From the sequence record LC788710.1: 64,000 nt of DNA. One strand, written 5' to 3'. This document shows, one piece after another, positions 1 through 8,734 of this stretch. Both the position numbers and the translations under genes were made by a program. The DNA is from Escherichia coli phage Wa28. Below the pieces are notes generated by a model. The model did not search any database and had not been told where the DNA came from. It was given only the letters and a program-made list of their open reading frames with translations. Within the stretch, counting starts at the first letter, position 1. Each line of letters starts with the position of its first letter.

Positions 1-111
1 GCCAACTAACTATTTCATATTATATAATATACTTATAAATTAAAGAGAAATAATAACTATAAGAAACTATCGGCTAAGTGAGAACCACTATCATTTAACT
101 TATGCACAAAG

Positions 112-208
112 TTATCCACAGCACTTTTTGACTTGACACAATAAGCAACATTTTGGCGACTTATCCACAGACTTATATACAGGTTATCCTACTGTATAAA
201 TATACAGG
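112..208. repeat. Left arm of ~100-bp imperfect inverted repeat: DnaA-box matches TTATCCACA (112-120, 161-169), TTGACTTGACA (128-138), LexA-box-like palindrome CTGTATAAATATACAG (192-207)
   Basis: Read directly; reverse complement of 4202-4309 aligns block by block. Confidence 0.8.
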
Positions 209-456
209 GTAGAATGGTAGCAGTAACAACCGCAATCAAATTTAAGCGGTCTAAAACGCGCTACACGGCGTTTTCTCACTGCTGCCCTTATTATAATAAA
301 GCCTTGTGTACGCTTACAGAGAGCTAGAAATAGAAAACGCGCGGTTATCATAAAAACAGGCAGTAAGCAAGAAATAAAAAACCTTTTCTTTTTTCTTGCC
401 CCTAGCGAACAATTATATATATCATTCACTCACCGATTAACGAGGGAGACAAAGAA

Positions 457-1458
457 ATGTCTACTGTAAGAATTGCAGTACCAGCAAACGCCACTATTAT
501 TAATGGTAGTTTGCGCAACCTGCTAGATGGTAGTAGTGCGGCAAGCGTACAACATACCGCTACTATTGTAGAAAAGATTCACGATGAAATTTTAGACAAT
601 AATGATACTCATTATTCAGTTGATGATTTCACGCTATTACTAGACCAGACAAGGGCGCTAGTAATTTTCAACCGTGATTATCACATTTTCCGTAATAGTC
701 GGGGAACTGATATTGATTTTATCATTGTTGGTTATAGTGAGTCTCATAGTGGTTACATTGCGCGATTATATAACGTGCAAGAAAAAGAGCAGGTAACAGC
801 AACAAAAGTAAATAATATCAGACTGGATAGTGTCGGATCGTTATTAAATAGTATCTGGCGTGAATTATCATCCAGTTATAAAGGTGCTGATAGTGACGCA
901 ATCGAAACAACTGGCGTATTGTGTTTTGAACGCGCTACGGGTAACATGTTGATTCCTAATGATTATTTAGAGTATGGGAATGAATCAAACGTTGCAAACG
1001 CTGGATTTACACTTCTCCCGCTTGACAATGTAGCAAAACAGGCTGTACAATCTCAAACTTCAAGCGCAAATGCGCAAACTACTGAAAATAAAGGAAATAT
1101 TATGTCTAAAGTATCTTCTATCGTTGCCGCTAATAAATCCGCCGTTATTAACGCTGCTAAACTGGAAGCGGGTAAAATTGCACTGACTCAAATCACAAAA
1201 GTAGCGGCGAAAAAAGCGCCGTTTATGATTAAAGGGTATATTGATACGCCGATTGGTCGTGTAGTGATCGCTAACCTGCTGAGTGTAGCGGTTGACCAGT
1301 ACGCCCCGACTAACCAGAAAGCGAAAGCGGTAGCAGGCGCGGCAATGGAAGCGGCAATGTTGGAAATGGTACAGAGTTTCAATATTGCTGAAATGATCGA
1401 TGAAATGGTAAAAGGCATTGACATTTCTACCTTTACCCAAAACACCGAAACAGAATAA
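457..1458 (+). CDS. hypothetical protein (333 aa)
   Basis: ORF with GAGGGAG Shine-Dalgarno 8 nt upstream; terminator hairpin follows. Confidence 0.6.
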   Translation: MSTVRIAVPANATIINGSLRNLLDGSSAASVQHTATIVEKIHDEILDNNDTHYSVDDFTLLLDQTRALVIFNRDYHIFRNSRGTDIDFIIVGYSESHSGYIARLYNVQEKEQVTATKVNNIRLDSVGSLLNSIWRELSSSYKGADSDAIETTGVLCFERATGNMLIPNDYLEYGNESNVANAGFTLLPLDNVAKQAVQSQTSSANAQTTENKGNIMSKVSSIVAANKSAVINAAKLEAGKIALTQITKVAAKKAPFMIKGYIDTPIGRVVIANLLSVAVDQYAPTNQKAKAVAGAAMEAAMLEMVQSFNIAEMIDEMVKGIDISTFTQNTETE

Positions 1459-1467
1459 TAATTACTA

Positions 1468-1492
1468 GCGGGGATTATTCCCCGCTTTACTA
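1468..1492 (+). terminator. rho-independent terminator (GCGGGGATTATTCCCCGC + T run)
   Basis: GC hairpin followed by TTT immediately after stop of 457..1458. Confidence 0.6.
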
Positions 1493-1524
1493 TTTCCCTG
1501 TTAATTGTTAGGAGACTAATTATT

Positions 1525-1836
1525 ATGCAACTGAACCAAACCATGTTGGCGCAATTAGCCGAAAAAATGCCGAATAGCCCACACGTTAATTATTCAGATG
1601 ATAAAAGCAATATTCCTGTATGGGAAAAGCAAGGGCGTCCCTTTTTATGGGAACATGTAGAAAGCGCTAATAATTATCATGCTTTCTTTGATCGTGGTTA
1701 TGGCTGGCTATGTATTTTTGTAGGTGAAACTTTGCTGGATTATGGAATGGATGAAATAGTCCGTGATGACGTAATTTTCTTGAATAAAGGATTTTACGAT
1801 GTAGCAAATTCTCTTTATTTCCCTGTTAATTGTTAG
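1525..1836 (+). CDS. hypothetical protein (103 aa)
   Basis: ORF preceded by AGGAG; 3' end lies inside second copy of a 30-bp repeat. Confidence 0.55.
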   Translation: MQLNQTMLAQLAEKMPNSPHVNYSDDKSNIPVWEKQGRPFLWEHVESANNYHAFFDRGYGWLCIFVGETLLDYGMDEIVRDDVIFLNKGFYDVANSLYFPVNC

Positions 1837-1846
1837 GAGACTAATT

Positions 1847-2341
1847 ATGTCAGAAGAAAAATATGGCTTTTCGCTAGAAAGTGTGAATGAAGCTAAACAC
1901 GATATGATCGTTTTAGTTGATTGTCATACTGGCTATTGCGGGGAGGGCTGGACGGAGGAACATTTTGTTCCCGCTGGCTGTGATCTGGACGCTTTCGCAA
2001 ACGAACACGCATATGATAATGCTTCTCGTTTCGGTAGCGATGGGGAAGAAGATGAAGAAACAGGGGAATGGATTGAAAATGATAATGTTTATGCGAGTAT
2101 TTATCATTATCAATTGAGTAAATCCGGTATTTATGTAAATGGCGGCGATCCTATTAATACCGTTATGAAACTAATTATTAAACACGGTGGCGCGGAAATA
2201 ATTGGTAACAAGGCGTTATTATATGCAAATCGATTAAAACAGCTTGTTTATATTCCTGATAATTCCCGTTGGGATGAATATGCCGTTTTACAGAAAGAAC
2301 TAAAACGCTGTTTCGGTGTGGAAGCATTAGAAATAGTCTAA
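1847..2341 (+). CDS. hypothetical protein (164 aa), Cys/His-rich N-terminal half
   Basis: ORF preceded by AGGAG in repeated leader. Confidence 0.6.
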   Translation: MSEEKYGFSLESVNEAKHDMIVLVDCHTGYCGEGWTEEHFVPAGCDLDAFANEHAYDNASRFGSDGEEDEETGEWIENDNVYASIYHYQLSKSGIYVNGGDPINTVMKLIIKHGGAEIIGNKALLYANRLKQLVYIPDNSRWDEYAVLQKELKRCFGVEALEIV

Positions 2342-2357
2342 TGTAAAGTTTTGTAAA

Positions 2358-2384
2358 GGTCGCCTATTATGGCGACCTTTTTTG
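2358..2384 (+). terminator. rho-independent terminator (GGTCGCC..GGCGACC + TTTTTT)
   Basis: Perfect 7-bp stem followed by T6 right after stop at 2341. Confidence 0.7.
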
Positions 2385-2448
2385 TTATAATGCCTTTACA
2401 CCGAAACGGTGGGTTGAAAATTTTCCCTGATTTCTAGGAGGCGTTAAA

Positions 2449-2676
2449 ATGGTACATTCATCATCTTCTGCAATTTTTAACGGTATGGAATGGGTATCCG
2501 TTCCCGCTATTGTCAGCGTTATGGTTTCTGAGTTCGGCATAGGTAAAACTTATGTTACCATTCAGGGGCTTTACGACAATGACAAGATTGACCAGCAAAC
2601 CGCCGGATTTTTGCTGGATGAATTGAAAGCTAACCATTGCACTAAAAAGCAAGCGGCAAAAATTGTTTTAATGTAA
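2449..2676 (+). CDS. hypothetical protein (75 aa)
   Basis: ORF with TTCTAGGAGG leader. Confidence 0.5.
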   Translation: MVHSSSSAIFNGMEWVSVPAIVSVMVSEFGIGKTYVTIQGLYDNDKIDQQTAGFLLDELKANHCTKKQAAKIVLM

Positions 2677-2722
2677 TTATTAAAGGGGGTATATTATCCC
2701 CTAATTTCTAGGAGCTAATAAA

Positions 2723-2872
2723 ATGGTTATTTTTCGATCTATTCTGGCTAGTATCTTGGGCGCTATTTTATCGCTGTTTGTAATAGCTTTCGGCGTTCAC
2801 GTGGTTATTATTGGAGCAGGTATCGCGGGGTTTTCTTACTTGTTAGGCTGTATGACTGGTAAAGGGGAATAA
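2723..2872 (+). CDS. small hydrophobic membrane peptide (49 aa, MVIFRSILASILGAILSLFVIAFG...)
   Basis: Not in ORF track (<60 aa); hand-translated; same TTCTAGGAG leader as upstream gene. Confidence 0.35.
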   Translation: MVIFRSILASILGAILSLFVIAFGVHVVIIGAGIAGFSYLLGCMTGKGE

Positions 2873-2874
2873 AA

Positions 2875-3087
2875 ATGTTAAAGAATGTTTCCCTTGCCCG
2901 TTCCAAAGGTTTTAAGCTGGTGGATGTTAACACGTTCGAGCGTCCAGATTGTAAAATTGAATATGTAGCACGCAACAAAAATGCTTTCCGTGTTACAGAA
3001 AAGAAGTTTGACAAGCGCGGCAATTTGGTAGCCGAAACGATTAAACACTTTGCCACCTTTTACGCTGCATTTCGTGGGGTATTATAA
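2875..3087 (+). CDS. hypothetical protein (70 aa)
   Basis: ORF tightly packed after previous gene. Confidence 0.45.
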   Translation: MLKNVSLARSKGFKLVDVNTFERPDCKIEYVARNKNAFRVTEKKFDKRGNLVAETIKHFATFYAAFRGVL

Positions 3088-3193
3088 TGGAAAGGGCAAT
3101 TGTTAAAATGTTAACTTTTGTTTGTGGCGTGTCTAGTGCTGCAATGTTGATCACGCTAGTGATTATGATTATCCGTGACGCGAGGATCTTTTA

Positions 3194-3538
3194 ATGGTAA
3201 TTTATGAGGGCAATCGCTTTATTACTAATTGCCGTCCGGCATTATTAGCAAACTATTTAAATCAGCTTTCACCAGTTTATAAAGGCGTAGTTAATATCTA
3301 TGAGGGCAAAGCACATTATAAAATTTCTGCCGTTGTCGCCCGTGAACTAGCGTTTCAATTTTTAACTTTTGGGTCTTGTGACGTTCAGGTTATGGGGGAA
3401 GCGTTAATAGCGGAAAATGAAAATGAATTTATTGACATTTTCCGCAAAGTATGTACGGAGCGCCTGATTATGAAAGGCGCATATATTCAATCAACCGCTG
3501 AAAGTATTGAAACAGCGTTTCGAAAGGTGGCGCAATGA
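3194..3538 (+). CDS. hypothetical protein (114 aa)
   Basis: ORF; stop overlaps start of next ORF. Confidence 0.55.
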   Translation: MVIYEGNRFITNCRPALLANYLNQLSPVYKGVVNIYEGKAHYKISAVVARELAFQFLTFGSCDVQVMGEALIAENENEFIDIFRKVCTERLIMKGAYIQSTAESIETAFRKVAQ

Positions 3539-3735
3539 CTAAAGATGAAGCACTAGAAAAAATGAAACAAGGTTTCAAAGTTAGTAATCAATATTTTACT
3601 AGCGATGAATTTTTGTACATGAAAGAAAACGGCGTGATCATGTCAGAAGATGGTTACAATTTTAATGATTGGTTTTTCAATATTCGCAAGGGGGAGGAAT
3701 GGAAGCTAGACGGTTGGAGCGTTTACCGTGAATAG
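3535..3735 (+). CDS. hypothetical protein (66 aa)
   Basis: ORF with ATGA-type overlap to upstream gene. Confidence 0.5.
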   Translation: MTKDEALEKMKQGFKVSNQYFTSDEFLYMKENGVIMSEDGYNFNDWFFNIRKGEEWKLDGWSVYRE

Positions 3736-3861
3736 CTGGTGGCGAAAAACACAAAGCCATAAATCTAATAATACCGCTGGGAAACATTCCCAGCGTTTAC
3801 GATTTGGTAATGGCTTTACAATGATATTGATAATCATTCTCATTCTAGGAGCGATGGCGTT

Positions 3862-4056
3862 ATGAGTGATAAAATTGTTGTAACTAAAACTACTGTTACC
3901 GTTGATACTTTCTTTGTGCCTGATACGCTGGAAAATCGGCAAGCGGTGGAGCGTGGCGATTATGATAAAGTGATTTATGATAACGATGGTTACTACCAAC
4001 ATTTGGTAGACTCCTACGGCGAAAGCGAAAAGATCACACATCGACTACCAGACTAA
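3862..4056 (+). CDS. hypothetical protein (64 aa)
   Basis: ORF with CTAGGAGCG leader; terminator follows. Confidence 0.5.
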   Translation: MSDKIVVTKTTVTVDTFFVPDTLENRQAVERGDYDKVIYDNDGYYQHLVDSYGESEKITHRLPD

Positions 4057-4063
4057 TAATAAC

Positions 4064-4090
4064 GGGGCGCAACTATCTGCCCCCTTTTCT
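4064..4090 (+). terminator. rho-independent terminator (GGGGCGCAACTATCTGCCCC + TTTT)
   Basis: Hairpin plus T run just after stop at 4056. Confidence 0.6.
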
Positions 4091-4201
4091 GGCCTCCTCC
4101 AATTTTGCCCTTATTAAAATACCTCCTCCAAAAATAAACGCGTTAGAATGCGTTACAGAGCGTTTAAAGGCTATATTAGATTATTCTCCTACTGGAATAT
4201 A

Positions 4202-4309
4202 CTGTATATTTATACAGTAGAATAACCTGTTAATAAGTCTGTTGATAACGCCTCAAAATCGCTAGGATTTTGTCAAGTCAAATCATGCTGTTAATAAACC
4301 TGTGGATAA
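4202..4309. repeat. Right arm of inverted repeat: LexA-box-like CTGTATATTTATACAG (4202-4217), DnaA-box variants (4240-4248, 4301-4309), TGTCAAGTCAA (4271-4281)
   Basis: Reverse complement matches 112-208. Confidence 0.8.
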
Positions 4310-4319
4310 CTTAAATAGC

Positions 4320-4500
4320 AGTGTTTCTCACTTCCCTTTCTAAATGCGAATCATTATCATTATGCAACTCATTCGCATTCAATTCTGTAAATGATAACCA
4401 TTCTCATTCCACTTTCTAAACGCGAATCATTATCATTCGCATTCAACTTTTTAAATGAGAATCAATCTCATTATCATTCGCATTTCGGCAGGCAGGGCAT
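4320..4500. repeat. AT-rich block of short palindromic/direct repeats (AATGCGAATCATTATCATTCGCATT, AATGAGAATCAATCTCATT)
   Basis: Read directly. Confidence 0.7.
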
Positions 4501-4522
4501 TTTCATTTTGCCCTGCGCTTTT

Positions 4523-5125
4523 GTGCAAATCCGACATTGCTCCACGGGTGTTACGTGCGGGCGTGTATGTGCGAATCCGACAATTTTTGGTAGTGTGCAA
4601 ATCCGATGGGAAATATTTTTATAGTGTGCGAATCCGACAATGAATTTTCCTAAAAACTCCAGCAATCCGCAACTGCGATGCAATCCAGCTGGATTTACTA
4701 GAGTATGTGCAAATCCGACAAGTGTTAAGGTGTGCGAATCCGATAAGATTTTTGTGATTTCGATTGGAGGGTGTGTGATTGTGTGGGTTTGGGGAGAAGT
4801 TGAGAGAGTGAGAGAAAATAAGGGTAGAAACTGGAGTGGGCAGCATGGGTGGCGTGAAACGCCTGGTTTGCTGCGTTTTTGGGGATAATGCGGGATGTTT
4901 TGGCTAGAATTGAGATTAGGGGAGATAAAGCGAAATTTTATTAGCAAAATGGGGCAAAATCGCTTGACAAGTGAAAATTCCTGTGGCTCTAAAAAACTCA
5001 GGCAAATATGGGCCTTCGGCCCGAAATAATGCTGCTATTTTCAGTGTTCCTAAAAACTTTGGAGACTCCTATCAATGTGCAAATCCGACCATAAATTTCT
5101 AGAAACACAGTGTGCAAATCCGATA
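4523..5125 (+). repeat. Eight same-orientation copies of 15-bp motif TGTGC(A/G)AATCCGA(C/T) at 4523, 4568, 4594, 4626, 4706, 4731, 5076, 5111
   Basis: Read directly; irregular spacing; no coding potential beyond repeat-derived ORFs. Confidence 0.85.
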
Positions 5126-5265
5126 GCAATTTCCAGAAATGTGTTTTGGAAAAATGTCTCCTAGAAATAACCGCCCTCCCTATAACCGCCCTGTATTAAA
5201 CCGCCTATTGCTGGAGTTTCTAGGAACATGAAAACCGCCTGAGTTGGCGAGAGTTTTCCTAGAAA
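5094..5265. repeat. Cluster of palindromic TTCCTAGAAA/TTTCTAGGAA motifs and four AACCGCC repeats
   Basis: Read directly. Confidence 0.7.
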
Positions 5266-5490
5266 CTTAGGAGTCTACTAGAAAGTGTTGTGCTATCCTA
5301 GCAGATGAGCGGCAACAGGTGTATCATCTTGAACATTAATTTATCTATTCAACAGTATTAGTTTTTATATAAGTATAAGATCCCCAGGGGATTGTGAGAG
5401 ATGCTCCACCCCTGGGATACGAATTGCGTGAGATGGTACAAAACTTCTGAAGATTTCCCTAGCCCTCCGACAAGCTACGGGGAAATAGAA

Positions 5491-5530
5491 GTTTCCCATC
5501 CACCATCCGTATCCGGGTGGATCTCTTTAT
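5491..5530 (+). terminator. hairpin (ATCCACC..GGTGGAT) followed by T-rich tract
   Basis: Stem-loop then CTCTTTATTCT on plus strand. Confidence 0.4.
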
Positions 5531-5551
5531 TCTATGTTATTTCATAGAGTT

Positions 5552-5580
5552 ATTATAACATGCAGAAATCATAACGTCAA
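5552..5580 (-). promoter_or_regulatory. sigma70-like promoter (TTGACG-17-TATAAT) firing leftward into the repeat locus
   Basis: Reverse complement gives TTGACGTTATGATTTCTGCATGTTATAAT. Confidence 0.5.
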
Positions 5581-5587
5581 GTAGAGT

Positions 5588-6478
5588 TTATTCATCGAAC
5601 ATGAGATTTCCTTTCATCCCCATCTCCGCATACTCCATGAGTTCTCCTAGGGATCTCACAGGGTAATCTACTTTACTGAAGTTATCATAGATCTTACATG
5701 AACTCTCGTACAACTCGTTAGGTATCTGCAATTTGTTATCAGTTAGCTTCTCATAACGTGTAGAAGATTTTGTACCTTCAAACAGAACTGCAATAACTGC
5801 GGCGATTTGTTTGGTAAGATCATCTGCTCCTAGAATTATTCTATTAATAGCAATCGTTACTTCATGCTTAGGTTTCACAGGTGGAAGGATAGGCTTGAGA
5901 TCCTTAGGTAAAGGTTCTGTTCCTAGGAATCCTTCTTTTGTGCGGAACCAATAATTATCTAGATCAGATATTGTCTTAGACTTATTCCATATAGTGAAGC
6001 AAGGTTTATTTCCTTCACGATCTCTGTATTCACGAACTGGAAGATAATGATCAGGGAATGAGTTGAGTGCATCATGCATTGGTGAGCCTGTCTTTTTAAA
6101 TGACAAACCGTACAACTCATTATAATTCATAACTTCATCTTCATAAACATGGAAATCTTTATATGCTGGAAGATTAAACCATTCCTGAAGTGAATGAACT
6201 GCAAAACGTTGTGCCCAAGCATGCATCACAAGAACTCTGTACTCTTTTACTTCATCTTTTGGAGAAGTACCTCTAACTGTTCTAGCTGACCGAATACAGA
6301 ACATCTCAACAACACGTCTCTCGTTTAAAGAAAGCTCAGAGTAACAACGTTCATGGCAACCTTCTAGCATTTCTAGAAGTTCACGTAGTTTCTCTACATC
6401 GACCGGTGGAAAAGGTCTCTCTTCCACCGCGAATTTACCAACTACACCTTTCGGCTTTCTATTACTATAAAATCCCAT
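5588..6478 (-). CDS. hypothetical protein (296 aa)
   Basis: Long ORF, first gene of leftward train. Confidence 0.6.
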   Translation of the reverse strand: MGFYSNRKPKGVVGKFAVEERPFPPVDVEKLRELLEMLEGCHERCYSELSLNERRVVEMFCIRSARTVRGTSPKDEVKEYRVLVMHAWAQRFAVHSLQEWFNLPAYKDFHVYEDEVMNYNELYGLSFKKTGSPMHDALNSFPDHYLPVREYRDREGNKPCFTIWNKSKTISDLDNYWFRTKEGFLGTEPLPKDLKPILPPVKPKHEVTIAINRIILGADDLTKQIAAVIAVLFEGTKSSTRYEKLTDNKLQIPNELYESSCKIYDNFSKVDYPVRSLGELMEYAEMGMKGNLMFDE

Positions 6479-7089
6479 TAACGACCTCTAGCCTTATCTG
6501 CATCAATAGCTTCGAATACTTTCGTTAACATTTCTTCAAGCTCACCTTCTTTGCTAGGATTGCTCAAACGAATAGTATATGAGTTCCTAGAAACTCCTGA
6601 GTCTTCTTGTGCTCCGCGATCTTTTGCAAAGCCCATCATTGCAACGCCAGCTTTATTCCACTCGTCTACGCTAGATGCTTCCCCAAATTTATATGATTGC
6701 GTATTGCTTACCACGCCACCACAAGGAACATTGTGCATATCCGACATTAATCTTTTATCGGAATTATTCAGCATTGCGATTGGTCCCGACTGCCACGGAT
6801 CTCGAATAGTCACTGGAGTACTCGGGCGGTTCACTTCAGTCTTCACGAGTTTGTATCCAGCATCGATTAGTGCATTAATCAGATTATCAGCCGGGATACG
6901 AGCCGTGCCAAAGATAGCACGAGCATTCATAAGCTTAGCCTGAAATTCCTTGCAACCTTGAAGATCAGTGTGCAAAAACGACAGTTGCATAGATTTAAAC
7001 TGTACTGTAGCAGTCAGATCTTTAAAGCTGTAATCCCATGTGTCGAGTTCATGATCTGCAACTACTTTAATGGTTTGTTGTGTAAACAT
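6478..7089 (-). CDS. hypothetical protein (203 aa)
   Basis: ORF, start/stop overlap with neighbours. Confidence 0.6.
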   Translation of the reverse strand: MFTQQTIKVVADHELDTWDYSFKDLTATVQFKSMQLSFLHTDLQGCKEFQAKLMNARAIFGTARIPADNLINALIDAGYKLVKTEVNRPSTPVTIRDPWQSGPIAMLNNSDKRLMSDMHNVPCGGVVSNTQSYKFGEASSVDEWNKAGVAMMGFAKDRGAQEDSGVSRNSYTIRLSNPSKEGELEEMLTKVFEAIDADKARGR

Positions 7090-7274
7090 TATTTATTCTC
7101 CAGTTTATCTAACAGCTTACGAGCTGCGATATTGTGTTGTTTAATTTCTCTGTTAAGAATCTCGTTCTCACAGTTTAACTCTAGATTCTTAGTATTAAGA
7201 CGACTGCAAATCAGTATCAAGCCTAGAATAGTTAAGAGTGAACCGCCCAGTAATATAAGAAGTAATGTTTCCAT
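7089..7274 (-). CDS. small membrane protein (61 aa, TM + coiled coil)
   Basis: ORF, hydrophobic N-terminus. Confidence 0.45.
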   Translation of the reverse strand: METLLLILLGGSLLTILGLILICSRLNTKNLELNCENEILNREIKQHNIAARKLLDKLENK

Positions 7275-7507
7275 TATTTGATTCCCATGTAACGTTTAAG
7301 ATAAACAATGAAGTCTTCCGGTGCATGCTCTAGGCTACCTTGAGCCACGAATAACTTCAGAGCTTCACGTTGTAGTTTAAGAGTCGCCACCTCGCCACGT
7401 AACTTTGTTAGATCCTCTGCTAATTCTCTGGCTCTACGCATAATAACGAAAGATACAAGTATTACTATGAATAACATAACTACTAAGACGCTTGCTACAA
7501 TTTCCAT
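7274..7507 (-). CDS. small membrane protein (77 aa)
   Basis: ORF, hydrophobic N-terminus. Confidence 0.45.
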   Translation of the reverse strand: MEIVASVLVVMLFIVILVSFVIMRRARELAEDLTKLRGEVATLKLQREALKLFVAQGSLEHAPEDFIVYLKRYMGIK

Positions 7508-7794
7508 TAGTTACCCCAAATTAACATCCAACTCTTATCAAAGTTAGATACTCTATTAATTAATTCGCCCATAGAAATGTTATTGTTGTCTATGGCTTCT
7601 TGTACAAACTCTTTACCGAAATCATCTACTAGGTATTCTGTACCATTTATAATAATCTTGTAGAGAGCTGGGACTAAAGGATGTTGATGATTAAGAGGAC
7701 TCTCGTTAACAATTATCTCATTCTTTCCCCACGTCGTCTTGAACAGTTTGTGAGAGAGTAGAGCTAAGGGGTTTGACCAGACTACGTACTCCAT
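7507..7794 (-). CDS. hypothetical protein (95 aa)
   Basis: ORF. Confidence 0.45.
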   Translation of the reverse strand: MEYVVWSNPLALLSHKLFKTTWGKNEIIVNESPLNHQHPLVPALYKIIINGTEYLVDDFGKEFVQEAIDNNNISMGELINRVSNFDKSWMLIWGN

Positions 7795-8260
7795 CTTTCT
7801 TTAACTCCTGTTTTAACTTTTGATCTTTATTATACCAAATTATGTGCTCACCGTCAACTACAAATTTGTGGAAAGGTGCTGGTACGGTGTACACTCCATA
7901 TTCTGTTAAGCGTGTCACAACTTTATGTGCACATAATCGGCAACCATGTCCTTCTAAGTGAGACCGTGCAGTTTGCAAGAAGTAACCATCATGATCTGGA
8001 CAATAGATCTCAACTTGCTGTTGCATAGTTCTATACTTAACTCTCTCGTATCCAAAGAACTTACCATGTGCTTCTACAGCTCTCCTGATAAAGATTAGAT
8101 TAAGTGCATCTTGCTGGAAGTCTGGATGAAGTTGTTTGAGTTTAATTCTATTAATAGATCCATCTGATTTAGTGAATCTATTTATGGGAAACTGTAATGC
8201 TTCCTCATAAAGTAATTCGTTTATTTTATCTCTCATAGTATACACGAAAGGCCAGAACAA
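7718..8260 (-). CDS. hypothetical protein with Cys/His cluster (180 aa)
   Basis: ORF; CPDH...GHGCRLCAH motif. Confidence 0.5.
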   Translation of the reverse strand: MFWPFVYTMRDKINELLYEEALQFPINRFTKSDGSINRIKLKQLHPDFQQDALNLIFIRRAVEAHGKFFGYERVKYRTMQQQVEIYCPDHDGYFLQTARSHLEGHGCRLCAHKVVTRLTEYGVYTVPAPFHKFVVDGEHIIWYNKDQKLKQELKKDGVRSLVKPLSSTLSQTVQDDVGKE

Positions 8261-8281
8261 TTAAGTCCTGGCCTCTAGAAA

Positions 8282-8734
8282 TTAGGTAGCGTCAATGCTC
8301 ACTAAATCCGTTATAAATTCACCTGATTCCATAGGGATAGAGATCGCAGGGTCACATTCACAGGAGGTTATCCATTCGTCCCATTTACTATCAAGTAAAG
8401 AGATAAAGCTATCAGGACTTCCTCTTTCTTTATACCTAGCTAAATATTCTTCTTTTAGCTCTCGTTCTGGATAAAGCAAAATAAAATCTATTCCAGCAGC
8501 ATGAAGAGCATCTCGTACTTCTTTATGGCTAGAAACTAAGATCAGTTTACCTTCTTCTATAGCTTGTGAAATGTGCTCAATATAGTTTGCTGGAAAGTTA
8601 TCCTTCGGGAACTTAGAAGAATCCGAATCTAGTACACGTGGAAAACACTTAGTGAAGTAAGTCTTACCGCACCCTGGAAAAGCAGATATAACATTAAATT
8701 GCATAATTATTTCCTTAATGAAGTTGCTTGCCAT
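8282..8734 (-). CDS. P-loop NTPase (putative kinase), 150 aa
   Basis: Walker A FPGCGKT near N-terminus. Confidence 0.55.
   Translation of the reverse strand: MASNFIKEIIMQFNVISAFPGCGKTYFTKCFPRVLDSDSSKFPKDNFPANYIEHISQAIEEGKLILVSSHKEVRDALHAAGIDFILLYPERELKEEYLARYKERGSPDSFISLLDSKWDEWITSCECDPAISIPMESGEFITDLVSIDAT

Noticed and set aside
112-4309. Transposon/IS interpretation of the inverted-repeat-bounded cassette
   Set aside because: No transposase, integrase or recombinase and no target-site duplication; repeat arms look like regulatory binding-site clusters.
4391-4947. ORFs inside the repeat locus (4391..4624, 4455..4643, 4640..4888 plus; 4474..4947 and 4619..4846 minus)
   Set aside because: Composed of repeat-derived codons (recurring GFAH/CANP peptides), no ribosome-binding sites, mutually overlapping in several frames.
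4523-5125. CRISPR array interpretation of the 15-bp direct repeats
   Set aside because: Repeats are only 15 bp, spacing is irregular (26-350 bp), and there are no cas genes or leader.
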